NCBI GenBank assembly: GCA_002782905.1
Contig: PFJA01000286.1
Location: forward strand, 1 to 50,787
Source: Lysobacterales bacterium CG_4_10_14_3_um_filter_64_11
Lineage (GTDB): Bacteria; Pseudomonadota; Gammaproteobacteria; Xanthomonadales; Xanthomonadaceae
Direction of reading: 5' to 3'
Length of the DNA stretch: 50,787 nt
In this document: positions 9,241-18,649 of the stretch, piece by piece
How positions within the stretch are numbered: the first letter of the stretch is position 1
How the letters are laid out: the number at the start of each line of letters is the position of its first letter
Translations under genes and position numbers: made by a program
Notes under the pieces: generated by a model
Database searches by the model: none
Told to the model about the DNA's origin: nothing
What the model saw: only the letters and a program-made list of their open reading frames with translations

Positions 9241-11486
9241 CAGAACGTGTGCCACAACTCGATACCGTACGATCGCGGCTCGCCACGGGTGACGAACTGG
9301 TTGCCGAAGAAGTCGCGGCCACGGTTGTCGAGAAACGTTTCCTTGAACACGTTACGGCCCCACAGACTGATCCCGAAATTGCCGGCATCGGTGCTGTAAG
9401 TGAGCCGGGCATTGACCAGGTTGCGGCTGCCGATGCGCTCGTACAGCGGGTCGTTGGTGGCGCCGCTGAAGTAATTGCTGCGGTAGCTGTACTCGCCGAA
9501 GAAGTCGATGCGGCCACCCAGCGCCGCCACCGGTACACCATAATCGATGGTGACTGCGGCGGTGGTGTCCGGCGCCGGCAGATCGTTGCCGGACAAATCC
9601 TGACCGCCGGGGCCGCCGTTCGGGAAGCTGTCGAAGGTGGCATCGACGTAACCGGCATTGGCACCCAGACGCAGGTTTTCGTTGACCTGCAAGCTGATGC
9701 TGCCCTCGATGCCCTGCGACTCCACGCGCGCCGCGTTGCGCAATTGCAACACCGTGGTGCCACCGCCCAGAGCGATGAACTGGAATTGCTGGAAATCGCT
9801 GAACTCGTTGTAGAACGCCGCCAGATCGAAGCGCAGGCGGCGATCGAGCACCAGTCCCTTCAAGCCGGCTTCGTAGCTGTCCACGGTTTCGGTATCGAAA
9901 TCAAAGCCGGTGGCGATCTGCCCGACATTCAGGAAATCGGTGTTCCAGCCGCCGCTCTTGAAGCCGCGCGCGTATTTCGCGTAGACGTTGACATCGTCAT
10001 TGAGTGCGAAGGTGAGCCCGGCGGTCGGGGTGAACTTGTTGTCGGTACGGTCATCGCGGAAGTTGTCGAGCGAGCCGATGCGGAACGCGCCGCTGCGGCT
10101 GCCATCGAGGTTGAACACGATGTCCTTGGTCTCGTGGGTGTAACGGGCACCGAGGTTCAGGGTCAAGCGCTCGCTGATATCGAAATCCAGCGAACCGAAA
10201 CCGGCGAGATTCTCGGTTTCGATGTTGGCGATGGCGGGAACCACGGTGCCGGCGGTCACCCCGAACGCCAGCCCCACCGGCGCGAATGGAAACGGCGAAC
10301 CAGCGGGCAGCGCGACGATGGTGTTCATGTCCTGGCCGATGGTCACCCGGCGATCCGAATCGGCCTGCTCGTTGAGGTAGAACACACCCAGCACGTAGCG
10401 CAGGCGGCGGTCATTGGATGAGGCGATGCGCAACTCCTGCGAGAACTGCTCGAACTTGTCGTTGAAGTTGATGCGGATGATGTCGGCGGCGCTGTAATCG
10501 GTGTCGTTCTGGCGCTGCTGCTTGGTGTTGCGGTAGCCACTGATCGCGGTCAGGGTGTCGCCGTTGTCCATGTCATAGCTCACCTTGACACTGCTGCCAT
10601 ACAAGGTGGCGTTGATGAATGGCGTGGTGTTGAAGTCCACGTTGCGATCGGGCAGGTTGCCGCCGGCTATCGGGCTATCGAAAAACGCGGTGATCGGCTC
10701 GCCGATGATGGTGTTTTCTTCGCTATCCGAGTAGTCGCCGTAGACATCGATGGTGAGCTTGTCGCTGACCAGAAAGCTGAGCTGGCCACGGGTACTGAAG
10801 CGATCCAGATTGTCCAGATCATCGCCATTGAACTGGTTGCGGGTGTAGCCGTCGCGGGTCTCGTAGGAGGCGGCGATCTTGCCCAGCACCGCTTCGCTGA
10901 TCGGGCCGGTGACGCTGCCGTAACCTTCAAATGCATCATTGTTGCCGTACACCGCACGCAACTTGGCATCGAAGAACGGGCTCGGCGCGGCAGTGGTGAC
11001 GTTGACCGCGCCGGACACCGTGTTGCGGCCGAACAAATGCCCCTGCGGGCCGCGCAATATCTCCACCTGTTCGATATCGAACAGAGGCATGTTCAGCGCT
11101 GGCGACTGGCCCAGATAGACGCCATCGAGATACATGCCGGCGCGCGTATCAAAACCGATACTGCGTCCGCCACCACCGACACCGCGAATGGTGATCGAGT
11201 TGAAGCCGGCTTTGACCAACTGGAAGTTTGGCGCCAACTGCTGCAAGTCGAACAGTGTGCGGCCACGCTCTTTCTCCAGCGTTTCGCGATCAATCACAGT
11301 GATCGCAATCGGCACGTCTTCCAGCGCCTGGCTGCGTTTTTGCGCGGTCACGACCACGTCGTCCAGACGCGTGGGGCTGGCAGCACCCGCCTCCTGCTGC
11401 TGCGCCCATACCGCTGGCGCCAGCGCCATCGCCACGGCCAGCGCCAATACCCGTGGTTGCAATTTCCCAGCTTGCCTGTATTGCAT
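9240..11486 (-). CDS. TonB-dependent outer-membrane receptor
   Basis: Signal peptide ends AVWAQQ, followed by a TonB box DDVVVTA and plug/barrel blocks. The C-terminus ...YGIELWHTF ends in an aromatic residue. A strong GGGAGGGAG RBS precedes the ATG at 11486. Confidence 0.9.
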   Translation of the reverse strand: MQYRQAGKLQPRVLALAVAMALAPAVWAQQQEAGAASPTRLDDVVVTAQKRSQALEDVPIAITVIDRETLEKERGRTLFDLQQLAPNFQLVKAGFNSITIRGVGGGGRSIGFDTRAGMYLDGVYLGQSPALNMPLFDIEQVEILRGPQGHLFGRNTVSGAVNVTTAAPSPFFDAKLRAVYGNNDAFEGYGSVTGPISEAVLGKIAASYETRDGYTRNQFNGDDLDNLDRFSTRGQLSFLVSDKLTIDVYGDYSDSEENTIIGEPITAFFDSPIAGGNLPDRNVDFNTTPFINATLYGSSVKVSYDMDNGDTLTAISGYRNTKQQRQNDTDYSAADIIRINFNDKFEQFSQELRIASSNDRRLRYVLGVFYLNEQADSDRRVTIGQDMNTIVALPAGSPFPFAPVGLAFGVTAGTVVPAIANIETENLAGFGSLDFDISERLTLNLGARYTHETKDIVFNLDGSRSGAFRIGSLDNFRDDRTDNKFTPTAGLTFALNDDVNVYAKYARGFKSGGWNTDFLNVGQIATGFDFDTETVDSYEAGLKGLVLDRRLRFDLAAFYNEFSDFQQFQFIALGGGTTVLQLRNAARVESQGIEGSISLQVNENLRLGANAGYVDATFDSFPNGGPGGQDLSGNDLPAPDTTAAVTIDYGVPVAALGGRIDFFGEYSYRSNYFSGATNDPLYERIGSRNLVNARLTYSTDAGNFGISLWGRNVFKETFLDNRGRDFFGNQFVTRGEPRSYGIELWHTF

Positions 11487-11678
11487 GATCTCCCTCCCCA
11501 GGGTGTTTGAGCAACGAATCCAGCACATTGGCTGCACTCATGGTGCCGCAAAGGCCACGACAAGACGTGGCTGCTATCATTCTCTGTGCAGTGGCAAGGC
11601 GTTGTTTTTGCGCGCCCGCCGAACCAAGTCCGCTTGCAGTGTGCCAGTATCGATGCAAACCCTATTGACCCAAGCCCG

Positions 11679-12734
11679 ATGCCATTGACCCCAAGCACCG
11701 CACCGACCCGGGAAACCGCCATCGTGGCGGTGCATCTGGTGCGCTTGGTCACCGAGTACGCAGCGCAGCACGACGTGGACGTGGCACCGCTGCTGGCCGA
11801 GGTGGGTTGGTCGCCAGTGCTGTTGGACGACAGCGAAAACCGGTTGCGTTTCAGCGATTTTGCGACGTTGTGCGAACGCATCGCGCAAGTGCTCGATGAC
11901 CCATTGCTGGGGCTGCACGCGGGCGTGCAGGTGAAGGCCGGACATCTGGGCTCGCTCGGTTTTGTGTTGATCAGTTGCGCGACGGTCGGCGAGGCACTGG
12001 ATCGCTCGCGCCGCTATTCGGGCATGGTGCTCAACGCGTGCAGTAACGAACTGGAGCAACAAGGCGACCTGTGCGTACGCTATTGGCGCAGCCGGTTGCC
12101 CAATCACGAACCGCTGGGACGTCTGCAGGACGAGTTGAACATGGCCGCCTGGATCACGCTGGGCCGCTGGATGACCGGGCGTGCCGACTTGAAGGCAACC
12201 TGGGTCGCGTTTCGGCACCCGTCGCCGCCGCTGCACCAACACGGCGACTATGAGCGCCTCTTCGGCTGCCCGGTTCGTTTTTCCGCACCGGAGACTGCGA
12301 TTGCCATTCCCGCCGCGATGCTCGATTGCGCGTTGCCGCAGGGCAACCCAGCGGTGCGGCGCATGCTCGACGCGCTATGCGAACGCACCTTGCATCGCTA
12401 TGCCAATCACAACGACCCGATCTGGCTGGGTAGCGTCCACAAGGCGATTGTGCAGGCATTCGAGACCGGTGGCCCGGAACTGGGCGCGGTCGCCGCCGCG
12501 GCCGGATTGCGCAACGATGAACTGACCGCATTGCTGACCCGGCGCGGCACCAGCTTCCGTGCGCTGGTGGACACCTTGCGCCAACAACTGGCGTTGAGTT
12601 ACCTCGCCGACCCCAGCCTGGGCCTTGCCGAGATCGCCTATCTGCTCGGCTTTTCCGAACAAAGCGCGTTCCAGCGCGCGTTCAAACGCTGGACCGGCAA
12701 GGCGCCCGGCGCCTATCGCGGCAATGCGCAATGA
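11679..12734 (+). CDS. AraC-family transcriptional regulator, divergent from the receptor operon
   Basis: C-terminal double HTH with the typical ...LGFSEQSAFQRAFKRWTGKAPGAYR. Start set at MPLTPST (ATG 11679). Confidence 0.85.
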   Translation: MPLTPSTAPTRETAIVAVHLVRLVTEYAAQHDVDVAPLLAEVGWSPVLLDDSENRLRFSDFATLCERIAQVLDDPLLGLHAGVQVKAGHLGSLGFVLISCATVGEALDRSRRYSGMVLNACSNELEQQGDLCVRYWRSRLPNHEPLGRLQDELNMAAWITLGRWMTGRADLKATWVAFRHPSPPLHQHGDYERLFGCPVRFSAPETAIAIPAAMLDCALPQGNPAVRRMLDALCERTLHRYANHNDPIWLGSVHKAIVQAFETGGPELGAVAAAAGLRNDELTALLTRRGTSFRALVDTLRQQLALSYLADPSLGLAEIAYLLGFSEQSAFQRAFKRWTGKAPGAYRGNAQ

Positions 12735-12740
12735 GGCCAT

Positions 12741-13304
12741 TTACGGTTCCAATTCCACCAGCATTTCGATTTCCACCGGGATATTGAACGGCAACGACGC
12801 CATGCCCACCGCCGCCCGCGCATGCCGGCCACGTTCGCCGAACACCGCCACCAGCAGATCCGACGCGCCGTTGATCACCTGCGGGTGCTGGCTGAACTCC
12901 GGCGTGGCGTTGACCATGCCGAACACGCGCACTATACGATGTACATTTTTCAGATCGCCCACTTCGGCCTTGAGTGCGGCGAGCAGGCAAACTGCCGTGC
13001 GCCGCGCCGCCCGGTAACCGTCCTCGACGCTGCGCTCGGCGCCGAGCTTGCCCAGCTTGTCCGGCTGCATCTCAGCGCATGGCCCCATGCCGGAAAGAAA
13101 CACCCAATTGCCGCTGCGCACCGCCGGCACATAGTTGGCTACCGGCGGGCTGCGTGCCGGCAGTTCGATACCCAACTCGGCCAACCGCGCCTCGGGATCG
13201 TATGCCGGCGTGTCGGCAACCGGCGGCTGCGCCACACAGGCCACCTGTGCCAGCGCCAGCAGCAACGCCAACAGGCTGAAACGTGCGTGCAAAGTCATGG
13301 TCAT
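12741..13304 (-). CDS. second exported RidA-family protein
   Basis: Signal peptide (FSLLALLLALAQVACVAQ). RidA-like blocks WVFLSGMGP, AARRTAVCLLAALK and VEIEMLVEL. Confidence 0.8.
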   Translation of the reverse strand: MTMTLHARFSLLALLLALAQVACVAQPPVADTPAYDPEARLAELGIELPARSPPVANYVPAVRSGNWVFLSGMGPCAEMQPDKLGKLGAERSVEDGYRAARRTAVCLLAALKAEVGDLKNVHRIVRVFGMVNATPEFSQHPQVINGASDLLVAVFGERGRHARAAVGMASLPFNIPVEIEMLVELEP

Positions 13305-13340
13305 GTTCGATCCTACCCGGATACGGAACCTGGCGAATTG

Positions 13341-13631
13341 TCAGACCGAGCGACCGCGATTGCGCCAACCGATCCATAGCCAGCCGCCCGCCCCACCAGC
13401 GATGGCGCCCCACCAACCTCCTGCCGTGAAGCGTTCGCCAGCAAAGTGTGCAACGGCTGCTCCCACGGCGAACCCAACCAGCATGAGCAATGCAACCTTG
13501 CGCCTGCCGGCAACCGCCAAATCTGCCTTGGCTCGCTTGCGACGCAGGGTTTCCTGTGACTCACTATCCGGCGCGAGAATGGCGTGGGCAATCGCGTCTG
13601 CTTTGGATTTATCCACCGGCCTGTACTCCAT
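13341..13631 (-). CDS. small membrane protein (96 aa), unknown function
   Basis: Internal ATG (MEYRPVDKSK...) of a longer track ORF. It has a charged N-terminus followed by two Gly-rich hydrophobic helices (VALLMLVGFAVGAAVAHF, GGWWGAIAGGAGGWLWIGW). Confidence 0.45.
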   Translation of the reverse strand: MEYRPVDKSKADAIAHAILAPDSESQETLRRKRAKADLAVAGRRKVALLMLVGFAVGAAVAHFAGERFTAGGWWGAIAGGAGGWLWIGWRNRGRSV

Positions 13632-13824
13632 TTGAGGCTTGTCTGCGGCAACGAATTGGACGCCGAATTTCCAACAAAGGTACCTGCGACATGCCTTTGG
13701 CTCAAGCACTATCGCCCAAGCACGGGCAACCGCCGCAGGCGCTGGGTGCCAGCGTGCGCCGGCATGGTGATCGTGACTTGCGTGCGCGGTGTACGATGAT
13801 GGCAAAACCCCGGAACCCTTGTGC

Positions 13825-14916
13825 ATGAATCGACGCGAGCTCCTGCGCGCCTCTGGCCTGGCTGCGGTTGCTGCCAGTCTGGCGGCCTGCTCAGCCACAG
13901 ATGGCAACAACCAGGCCGCCAGCGGGTCGCGCCGGCATTGGAAAATGATTACCTCGTGGCCGAAGGACTTCCCCGGCCTGGGCACCGGTGCGGCCACGCT
14001 TGGCGCGCTGATCAGTGAGGCTTCGGCGGGTCGGTTGACGGTGAAGGTGTACGGTGCCGGCGAGCTGGTGCCGGCATTTGAAGTGTTCGATGCGGTCAGC
14101 CGCGGCGTTGCCCAGATGGGTCATAGCGCGGCCTATTACTGGAAAGGAAAGGCCGCCGCAGCGCCGTTTTTCTGCGCGGTGCCATTCGGCCTCAACGCAC
14201 AGGAAATGAATGCCTGGCTGTACGCTGGCGGTGGTCTGGAATTGTGGCGCGAACTGTACGCGCCATTCAATCTGCTGCCGTTTCCGGCCGGCAACACCGG
14301 GGTACAGATGGCTGGCTGGTTCAATCGCGAAATCCGTTCGGTGCGCGACCTGGTCGGCCTGAAGATCCGCATTCCCGGCATCGGTGGCGAGGTGATGGCG
14401 CGGCTCGGCGCCACGCCGGTGAATCTGCCCGGTGCGGAAATCTTTACCGCGATGCAATCGGGGGCGATTGATGCCACCGAATGGGTCGGCCCCTGGAACG
14501 ATCTGGCGTTTGGCCTGCATACCGTCGCCAAGCATTACTACTACCCGGGCTGGCAAGAGCCGGGGCCGACGCTGGAATGCATGATCAACAAGTCCGCCTA
14601 CGAGACGCTGCCGAAGGATCTGCAAGCCGTGGTCAGCGCCTGCTGCGGTGCGGTGAACGCGGCGATGCTGGCCGAGTTCACGGCGCGCAATCAGGACGCG
14701 CTCGACACCCTGATCCGCGAGCATGGCGTCGATGTGCGGCCGTTGCCGCCCGATGTGCTGACGGCATTGCGCCGTGCCAGCGAGCAGACGCTGGAAGCGA
14801 TTGCGGCATCCGACGCCATGGCGCGGCGTTGCCACGATTCGATGCGCGTGTTCCGCGCCAAGGCGCAGGCCTGGCATCGCATCTCGGAACACGCGTTTTA
14901 TCAGGCGCGGGACTGA
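13825..14916 (+). CDS. TRAP-transporter solute-binding protein (DctP-type) with Tat/lipoprotein-like leader
   Basis: MNRRELLRASGLAAVAASLAACS leader. Conserved DctP-family blocks are WPKDFPGLG, AYYW.GK, GLKIRIPG and ATEWVGPWND. No dctQ/dctM membrane partners occur in the window. Confidence 0.85.
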   Translation: MNRRELLRASGLAAVAASLAACSATDGNNQAASGSRRHWKMITSWPKDFPGLGTGAATLGALISEASAGRLTVKVYGAGELVPAFEVFDAVSRGVAQMGHSAAYYWKGKAAAAPFFCAVPFGLNAQEMNAWLYAGGGLELWRELYAPFNLLPFPAGNTGVQMAGWFNREIRSVRDLVGLKIRIPGIGGEVMARLGATPVNLPGAEIFTAMQSGAIDATEWVGPWNDLAFGLHTVAKHYYYPGWQEPGPTLECMINKSAYETLPKDLQAVVSACCGAVNAAMLAEFTARNQDALDTLIREHGVDVRPLPPDVLTALRRASEQTLEAIAASDAMARRCHDSMRVFRAKAQAWHRISEHAFYQARD

Positions 14917-14922
14917 ACACCG

Positions 14923-16113
14923 ATGCCGGCATTTCATTATCAGGCGCTGAGCGCGAATCACCGCACCGAAAAGGGCGTGCTGCAGGCGGACACCCCACGC
15001 GCGGCGCGCGCGGCATTGCGCGAGCGTGGCCTGACGCCGCTGAACGTGGTGCTGGTCGAAGCCGACAGCGGCCACGGCACGCGCTTGTCTGCCACCATGC
15101 TGGTGCTGCTCACCCGGCAGTTGGCCACCTTGTTCGGCGCCGGTCTGCCGCTGGACGAAGTGCTGGCCGCCGCTGCCGAGGGTGCCGATGGCAGCATGCG
15201 CACGGTGACTCTGGCTTTGCGCGCGCGGGTGATGGAGGGCAGCAGCCTGGCACAGGCGTTGGCGGAGTTTCCAGCGACGTTCTCGCCGTTGTACCGAGGC
15301 AGTGTTGCCGCCGGTGAACAGGCCGGACGGCTGGGGGTCGTACTGGCGCAACTCGCCGCGCATCTGGAGGCGCGCGACGTGCTGCGACGGCGGGTGATCG
15401 CGGCACTGGCGTATCCGATCCTGCTGCTGTTTTTCGCGTTGCTGGTGGTCAGCGGACTCATGCTGTACGTGGTGCCCGAGGTTACTGGCGTGTTTGTGCG
15501 CAATGGCCAGAGCTTACCGTGGGCGACGCGCACCCTGCTGGCGATCAGTGCCGGCCTGCAAGCCGGGGTGTGGTGGCTGTTGGCGCTGCTGCTGGCTGCG
15601 CTCGCCGGGCTGATGGCCAGTTGGCGACGGCCGGCCTTCGAACGCTGGCGGCATCGCAGTTGGTTGCGCGTGCCGCTGCTGTCGCGCCTGTTGATTGCGC
15701 TCGATAGCGCGCGCTACGCCCGCACCCTGGCCCTGCTGGGAGCATCGGCGGTGCCGTTGCTGGACGCCATGAATCTGGCCAATGCAACGGTTGCCAATCG
15801 GCAACTGCGCGATGCCTTGAGCCACGCCGCGGCGCGGGTGCGCGAGGGCGCACCGTTGGCGCAGGCGCTTGCCGGCACCGGCTGGTTTCCACCACTGGCA
15901 CTGCGTCTGATTGCCAGCGGCGAACGCGCTGGCCGGCTGGATGCCATGCTCGATGAAGCGGCGGCGCAGCTCGAACGCGAATTGGATACCGTGCTGTCGG
16001 TGCTGATGGCGGCGCTGGGGCCGGTGGTGATCATTGCCGTCGGCGGTCTCGTGCTGTTCATCGTATTGGCGATATTGTTGCCGATCTTCCAGCTCAATCA
16101 ACTGGTGCGCTGA
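14923..16113 (+). CDS. gspF: type II secretion system inner-membrane platform protein GspF
   Basis: N-terminus MPAFHYQAL...KGVLQADTPRAARAALRERGLTPL is typical of GspF. It has two GspF repeats and three TM segments over about 396 aa. The stop TGA (16111-16113) directly abuts the ftsE ATG. Confidence 0.85.
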   Translation: MPAFHYQALSANHRTEKGVLQADTPRAARAALRERGLTPLNVVLVEADSGHGTRLSATMLVLLTRQLATLFGAGLPLDEVLAAAAEGADGSMRTVTLALRARVMEGSSLAQALAEFPATFSPLYRGSVAAGEQAGRLGVVLAQLAAHLEARDVLRRRVIAALAYPILLLFFALLVVSGLMLYVVPEVTGVFVRNGQSLPWATRTLLAISAGLQAGVWWLLALLLAALAGLMASWRRPAFERWRHRSWLRVPLLSRLLIALDSARYARTLALLGASAVPLLDAMNLANATVANRQLRDALSHAAARVREGAPLAQALAGTGWFPPLALRLIASGERAGRLDAMLDEAAAQLERELDTVLSVLMAALGPVVIIAVGGLVLFIVLAILLPIFQLNQLVR

Positions 16114-16818
16114 ATGGCCGAAGCACCCCCGCAACCCGTGCTGCGCTTTGATGGCGTCAGCAAACAGTATCCCGGCGGCCAAGCGGCACTGCGGGACATC
16201 AGCTTTGCGGTGGCGCACGGCGAGATGGTTTTCGTTACCGGCCATTCCGGTGCCGGCAAGAGCACCTTGCTGCGTTTGATCCATCTCGCTGAACGCCCGT
16301 CGCAGGGCGCGGTGCTGTTCGATGAAAAACACCTCGCCAGCGTGCGTGGCTGGCGGGTGGCGTTGCACCGGCGCCAGATTGGCGTGGTGTTTCAGGATCA
16401 CCGGCTGCTGACCGACCGCAGCGTATTCGACAATGTCGCGTTGCCGTTGCTGATCAATGGCAGTGCGCATGGCGAGGTCGGCAAGCGCGTGCGGCTGGTG
16501 CTCGACAAAGTGGGCCTGGCTGGCCGCGAGCGCGCGCTGCCGGCTACATTGTCGAGCGGCGAACAACAGCGCGTCGGCATTGCCCGCGCCGTGGTGGCGC
16601 AACCGACGTTGCTGATTGCCGACGAGCCGACCGGCAATCTCGACCCGCAACTATCGGCTGAGATCATGCAACTGTTCGCTGCGCTGCCGGCACAAGGCAC
16701 CGCGGTGCTGGTCGCCAGTCACGATCTACACCTGATCCGGCGCATGCGCAAACGCGTGCTGGTGCTCGATCACGGCCGTCTGGCCGACGATATTTCCGCT
16801 GCGGATCTGGCGTCGTGA
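16114..16818 (+). CDS. ftsE: cell-division ABC ATPase FtsE
   Basis: Walker [10 protein letters not shown], signature [14 protein letters not shown] and Walker [13 protein letters not shown]. It is followed by ftsX with a GTGA overlap. Confidence 0.92.
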   Translation: MAEAPPQPVLRFDGVSKQYPGGQAALRDISFAVAHGEMVFVTGHSGAGKSTLLRLIHLAERPSQGAVLFDEKHLASVRGWRVALHRRQIGVVFQDHRLLTDRSVFDNVALPLLINGSAHGEVGKRVRLVLDKVGLAGRERALPATLSSGEQQRVGIARAVVAQPTLLIADEPTGNLDPQLSAEIMQLFAALPAQGTAVLVASHDLHLIRRMRKRVLVLDHGRLADDISAADLAS

Positions 16819-17783
16819 GTGTCTCGGGCAGCCGCCGACACAAGCCCGCCAGTGCCCAGCGCAGCGCCGGCAGCAAGCTCGGCCCGCGCCTGCGTGCGTG
16901 GCGTGATCTCCATCTGTATGGTCTGGTCAGCAGCATCGGCCGCATGGGCCAACGGCCGTGGGCAACCTTGCTGACGGTTTCAGTGATGGCGCTGGCGGTG
17001 GCGTTGCCGATGGGCTTGTGGCTGGTGCTGCAAAACGTCGAGCAGTTTTCCGGTAGCGTCACCCAATCGCGCGACATCAGCGTGTTCTTGCGGCCGCAGG
17101 TGGACGGCCGGCGTGCGCAACAACTGGCACAGGACATCGGTCAGCGCGCACAGGTGTTGTCAGTTACCCTGCGCAGCCCCGAGCAAGGCCTCGCCGAGTT
17201 GCGCGCGATGAGTGGGCTGGCGGCAGCACTGGATGTGCTGGAACAGAACCCGTTGCCGTACCTGTTGCAGGTCAGTCCGCGCGATGATGGCGATGCCACG
17301 GCCGCGGCGCTGCGCGATTTGCCGGAGGTGGAAATCGTGCAGCACGATGCGCAATGGCGGCGGCGGCTGGATGCCTGGCTTGGTTTCGGCAGTCGAGTGG
17401 TGCTGGTGGTGGCGCTGCTGCTGGGCGCGGGTGCCCTGTTGGTGGTTGGCAATACGGTGCGCCTGGATATCCAGTCGCGCGCCGAAGAAGTTTCGGTTTT
17501 GCGCCTGCTCGGCGCGACCGATGGCTTCGTGCGGCGGCCGTTCCTGTATCTTGGTGCCTGTTACGGCCTCGGCGCCGCGCTGCTGGCGCTGCTGGTGCTG
17601 TTGTTGGCGGCGCGGGCATTGGCGCCGCCACTGGCCGGGTTGCTGGCCAGCTACGGCAGCGAGTTTGTGCTGCTCGGGCCGGGCGCTGCCGGATTGCTTC
17701 GGTTTACGCTCGGTGTGGTGTTTTTAGGTTGGTTGGGTGCCTGGTTGGCGACCGGGCATCATCTCCATCGTACGCAGGTGTGA
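16815..17783 (+). CDS. ftsX: cell-division ABC permease-like protein FtsX
   Basis: FtsX topology: an N-terminal TM, a periplasmic loop, then three C-terminal TMs. It lies directly after ftsE. Confidence 0.9.
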   Translation: MSVSGSRRHKPASAQRSAGSKLGPRLRAWRDLHLYGLVSSIGRMGQRPWATLLTVSVMALAVALPMGLWLVLQNVEQFSGSVTQSRDISVFLRPQVDGRRAQQLAQDIGQRAQVLSVTLRSPEQGLAELRAMSGLAAALDVLEQNPLPYLLQVSPRDDGDATAAALRDLPEVEIVQHDAQWRRRLDAWLGFGSRVVLVVALLLGAGALLVVGNTVRLDIQSRAEEVSVLRLLGATDGFVRRPFLYLGACYGLGAALLALLVLLLAARALAPPLAGLLASYGSEFVLLGPGAAGLLRFTLGVVFLGWLGAWLATGHHLHRTQV

Positions 17784-17790
17784 TCTGTTC

Positions 17791-18642
17791 ATGAATACAT
17801 CCTCCATCCGTCATATTGGCCCGCACTCGGCGCGAGTGATGGTGGTCGACGGCTCGAAAATGGTGCGCATGATGATCGCGCAGGTGCTGCGCGAAGAACT
17901 GCCCGATGTCGCTGTGGTCGGCTGCGGCACCGGCCAGGAAGCGCGCACCGCGCTGGAGCAAGGCACCGTCGACCTGGTGACCACCGCGCTGCGGCTGCCC
18001 GACATGGATGGTCTGGAGCTGGCGCATTACATCCGTGAACACGCGCCGCAGGCGTACATCCCGATCATCGTGGTTTCCGGCGATGTCCAGGAGCGGCTGG
18101 AAAATCGCAGCTTTACCGACGATGTCACCGATTATTTCGACAAGGAACTGGGTTTTGCGGCATTGGCCACGTTCATCCGCGGCTACATCCGCCCGGAAAC
18201 CGAAATCGGTGGTGAGGTGCTGTATGTCGAAGACAGCCGTGTGGTGGCGATGGCGACCCGCCGCATGCTGGAGAAACACGGCCTGCTGGTGACCCACGCG
18301 CCCAGTGTCGAGGACGCCATTGCCCTGCTCGATCAGGCGGTACAGCAAGATCGCGCGCCGGGTTGGGATGTCGTGCTGACCGATGTCTACCTGAAGGGCG
18401 ATCTCAGTGGCAAGGACCTGCTGCTCAAGCTGCGTCGCGAATATCGCTATGCCAAAGGCCAGTTGCCGGTACTGGTGATGACCGGTGATGCCAACCCGGC
18501 CAACCAATCGGACCTGCTGCGTGCCGGCGCCAACGACTTGGTGCAAAAACCGATCGAAGAGCGCCTGCTGGTAACCAAGCTGCTGTTCCAGTTGCGTGTT
18601 GGCCGCATGTTGCGCGAGCGAGTGCTGGCCGCTGGGACCTGA
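17791..18642 (+). CDS. response regulator made of two receiver (REC) domains, no output domain
   Basis: Two CheY-like repeats: VMVVDGS...PIIVVSG and VLYVEDS...VVLTDVYL...PVLVMTG...LVQKP. The start is 8 nt after the ftsX stop. Confidence 0.8.
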   Translation: MNTSSIRHIGPHSARVMVVDGSKMVRMMIAQVLREELPDVAVVGCGTGQEARTALEQGTVDLVTTALRLPDMDGLELAHYIREHAPQAYIPIIVVSGDVQERLENRSFTDDVTDYFDKELGFAALATFIRGYIRPETEIGGEVLYVEDSRVVAMATRRMLEKHGLLVTHAPSVEDAIALLDQAVQQDRAPGWDVVLTDVYLKGDLSGKDLLLKLRREYRYAKGQLPVLVMTGDANPANQSDLLRAGANDLVQKPIEERLLVTKLLFQLRVGRMLRERVLAAGT

Positions 18643-18649
18643 GCCTTGC

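Noticed and set aside
11487-11678. Possible Fur box (GCTATCATTCTC) in the TonB receptor / AraC divergent region.
   Set aside because: It is only a weak partial match to the 19-bp GATAATGATAATCATTATC consensus and has no dyad symmetry.
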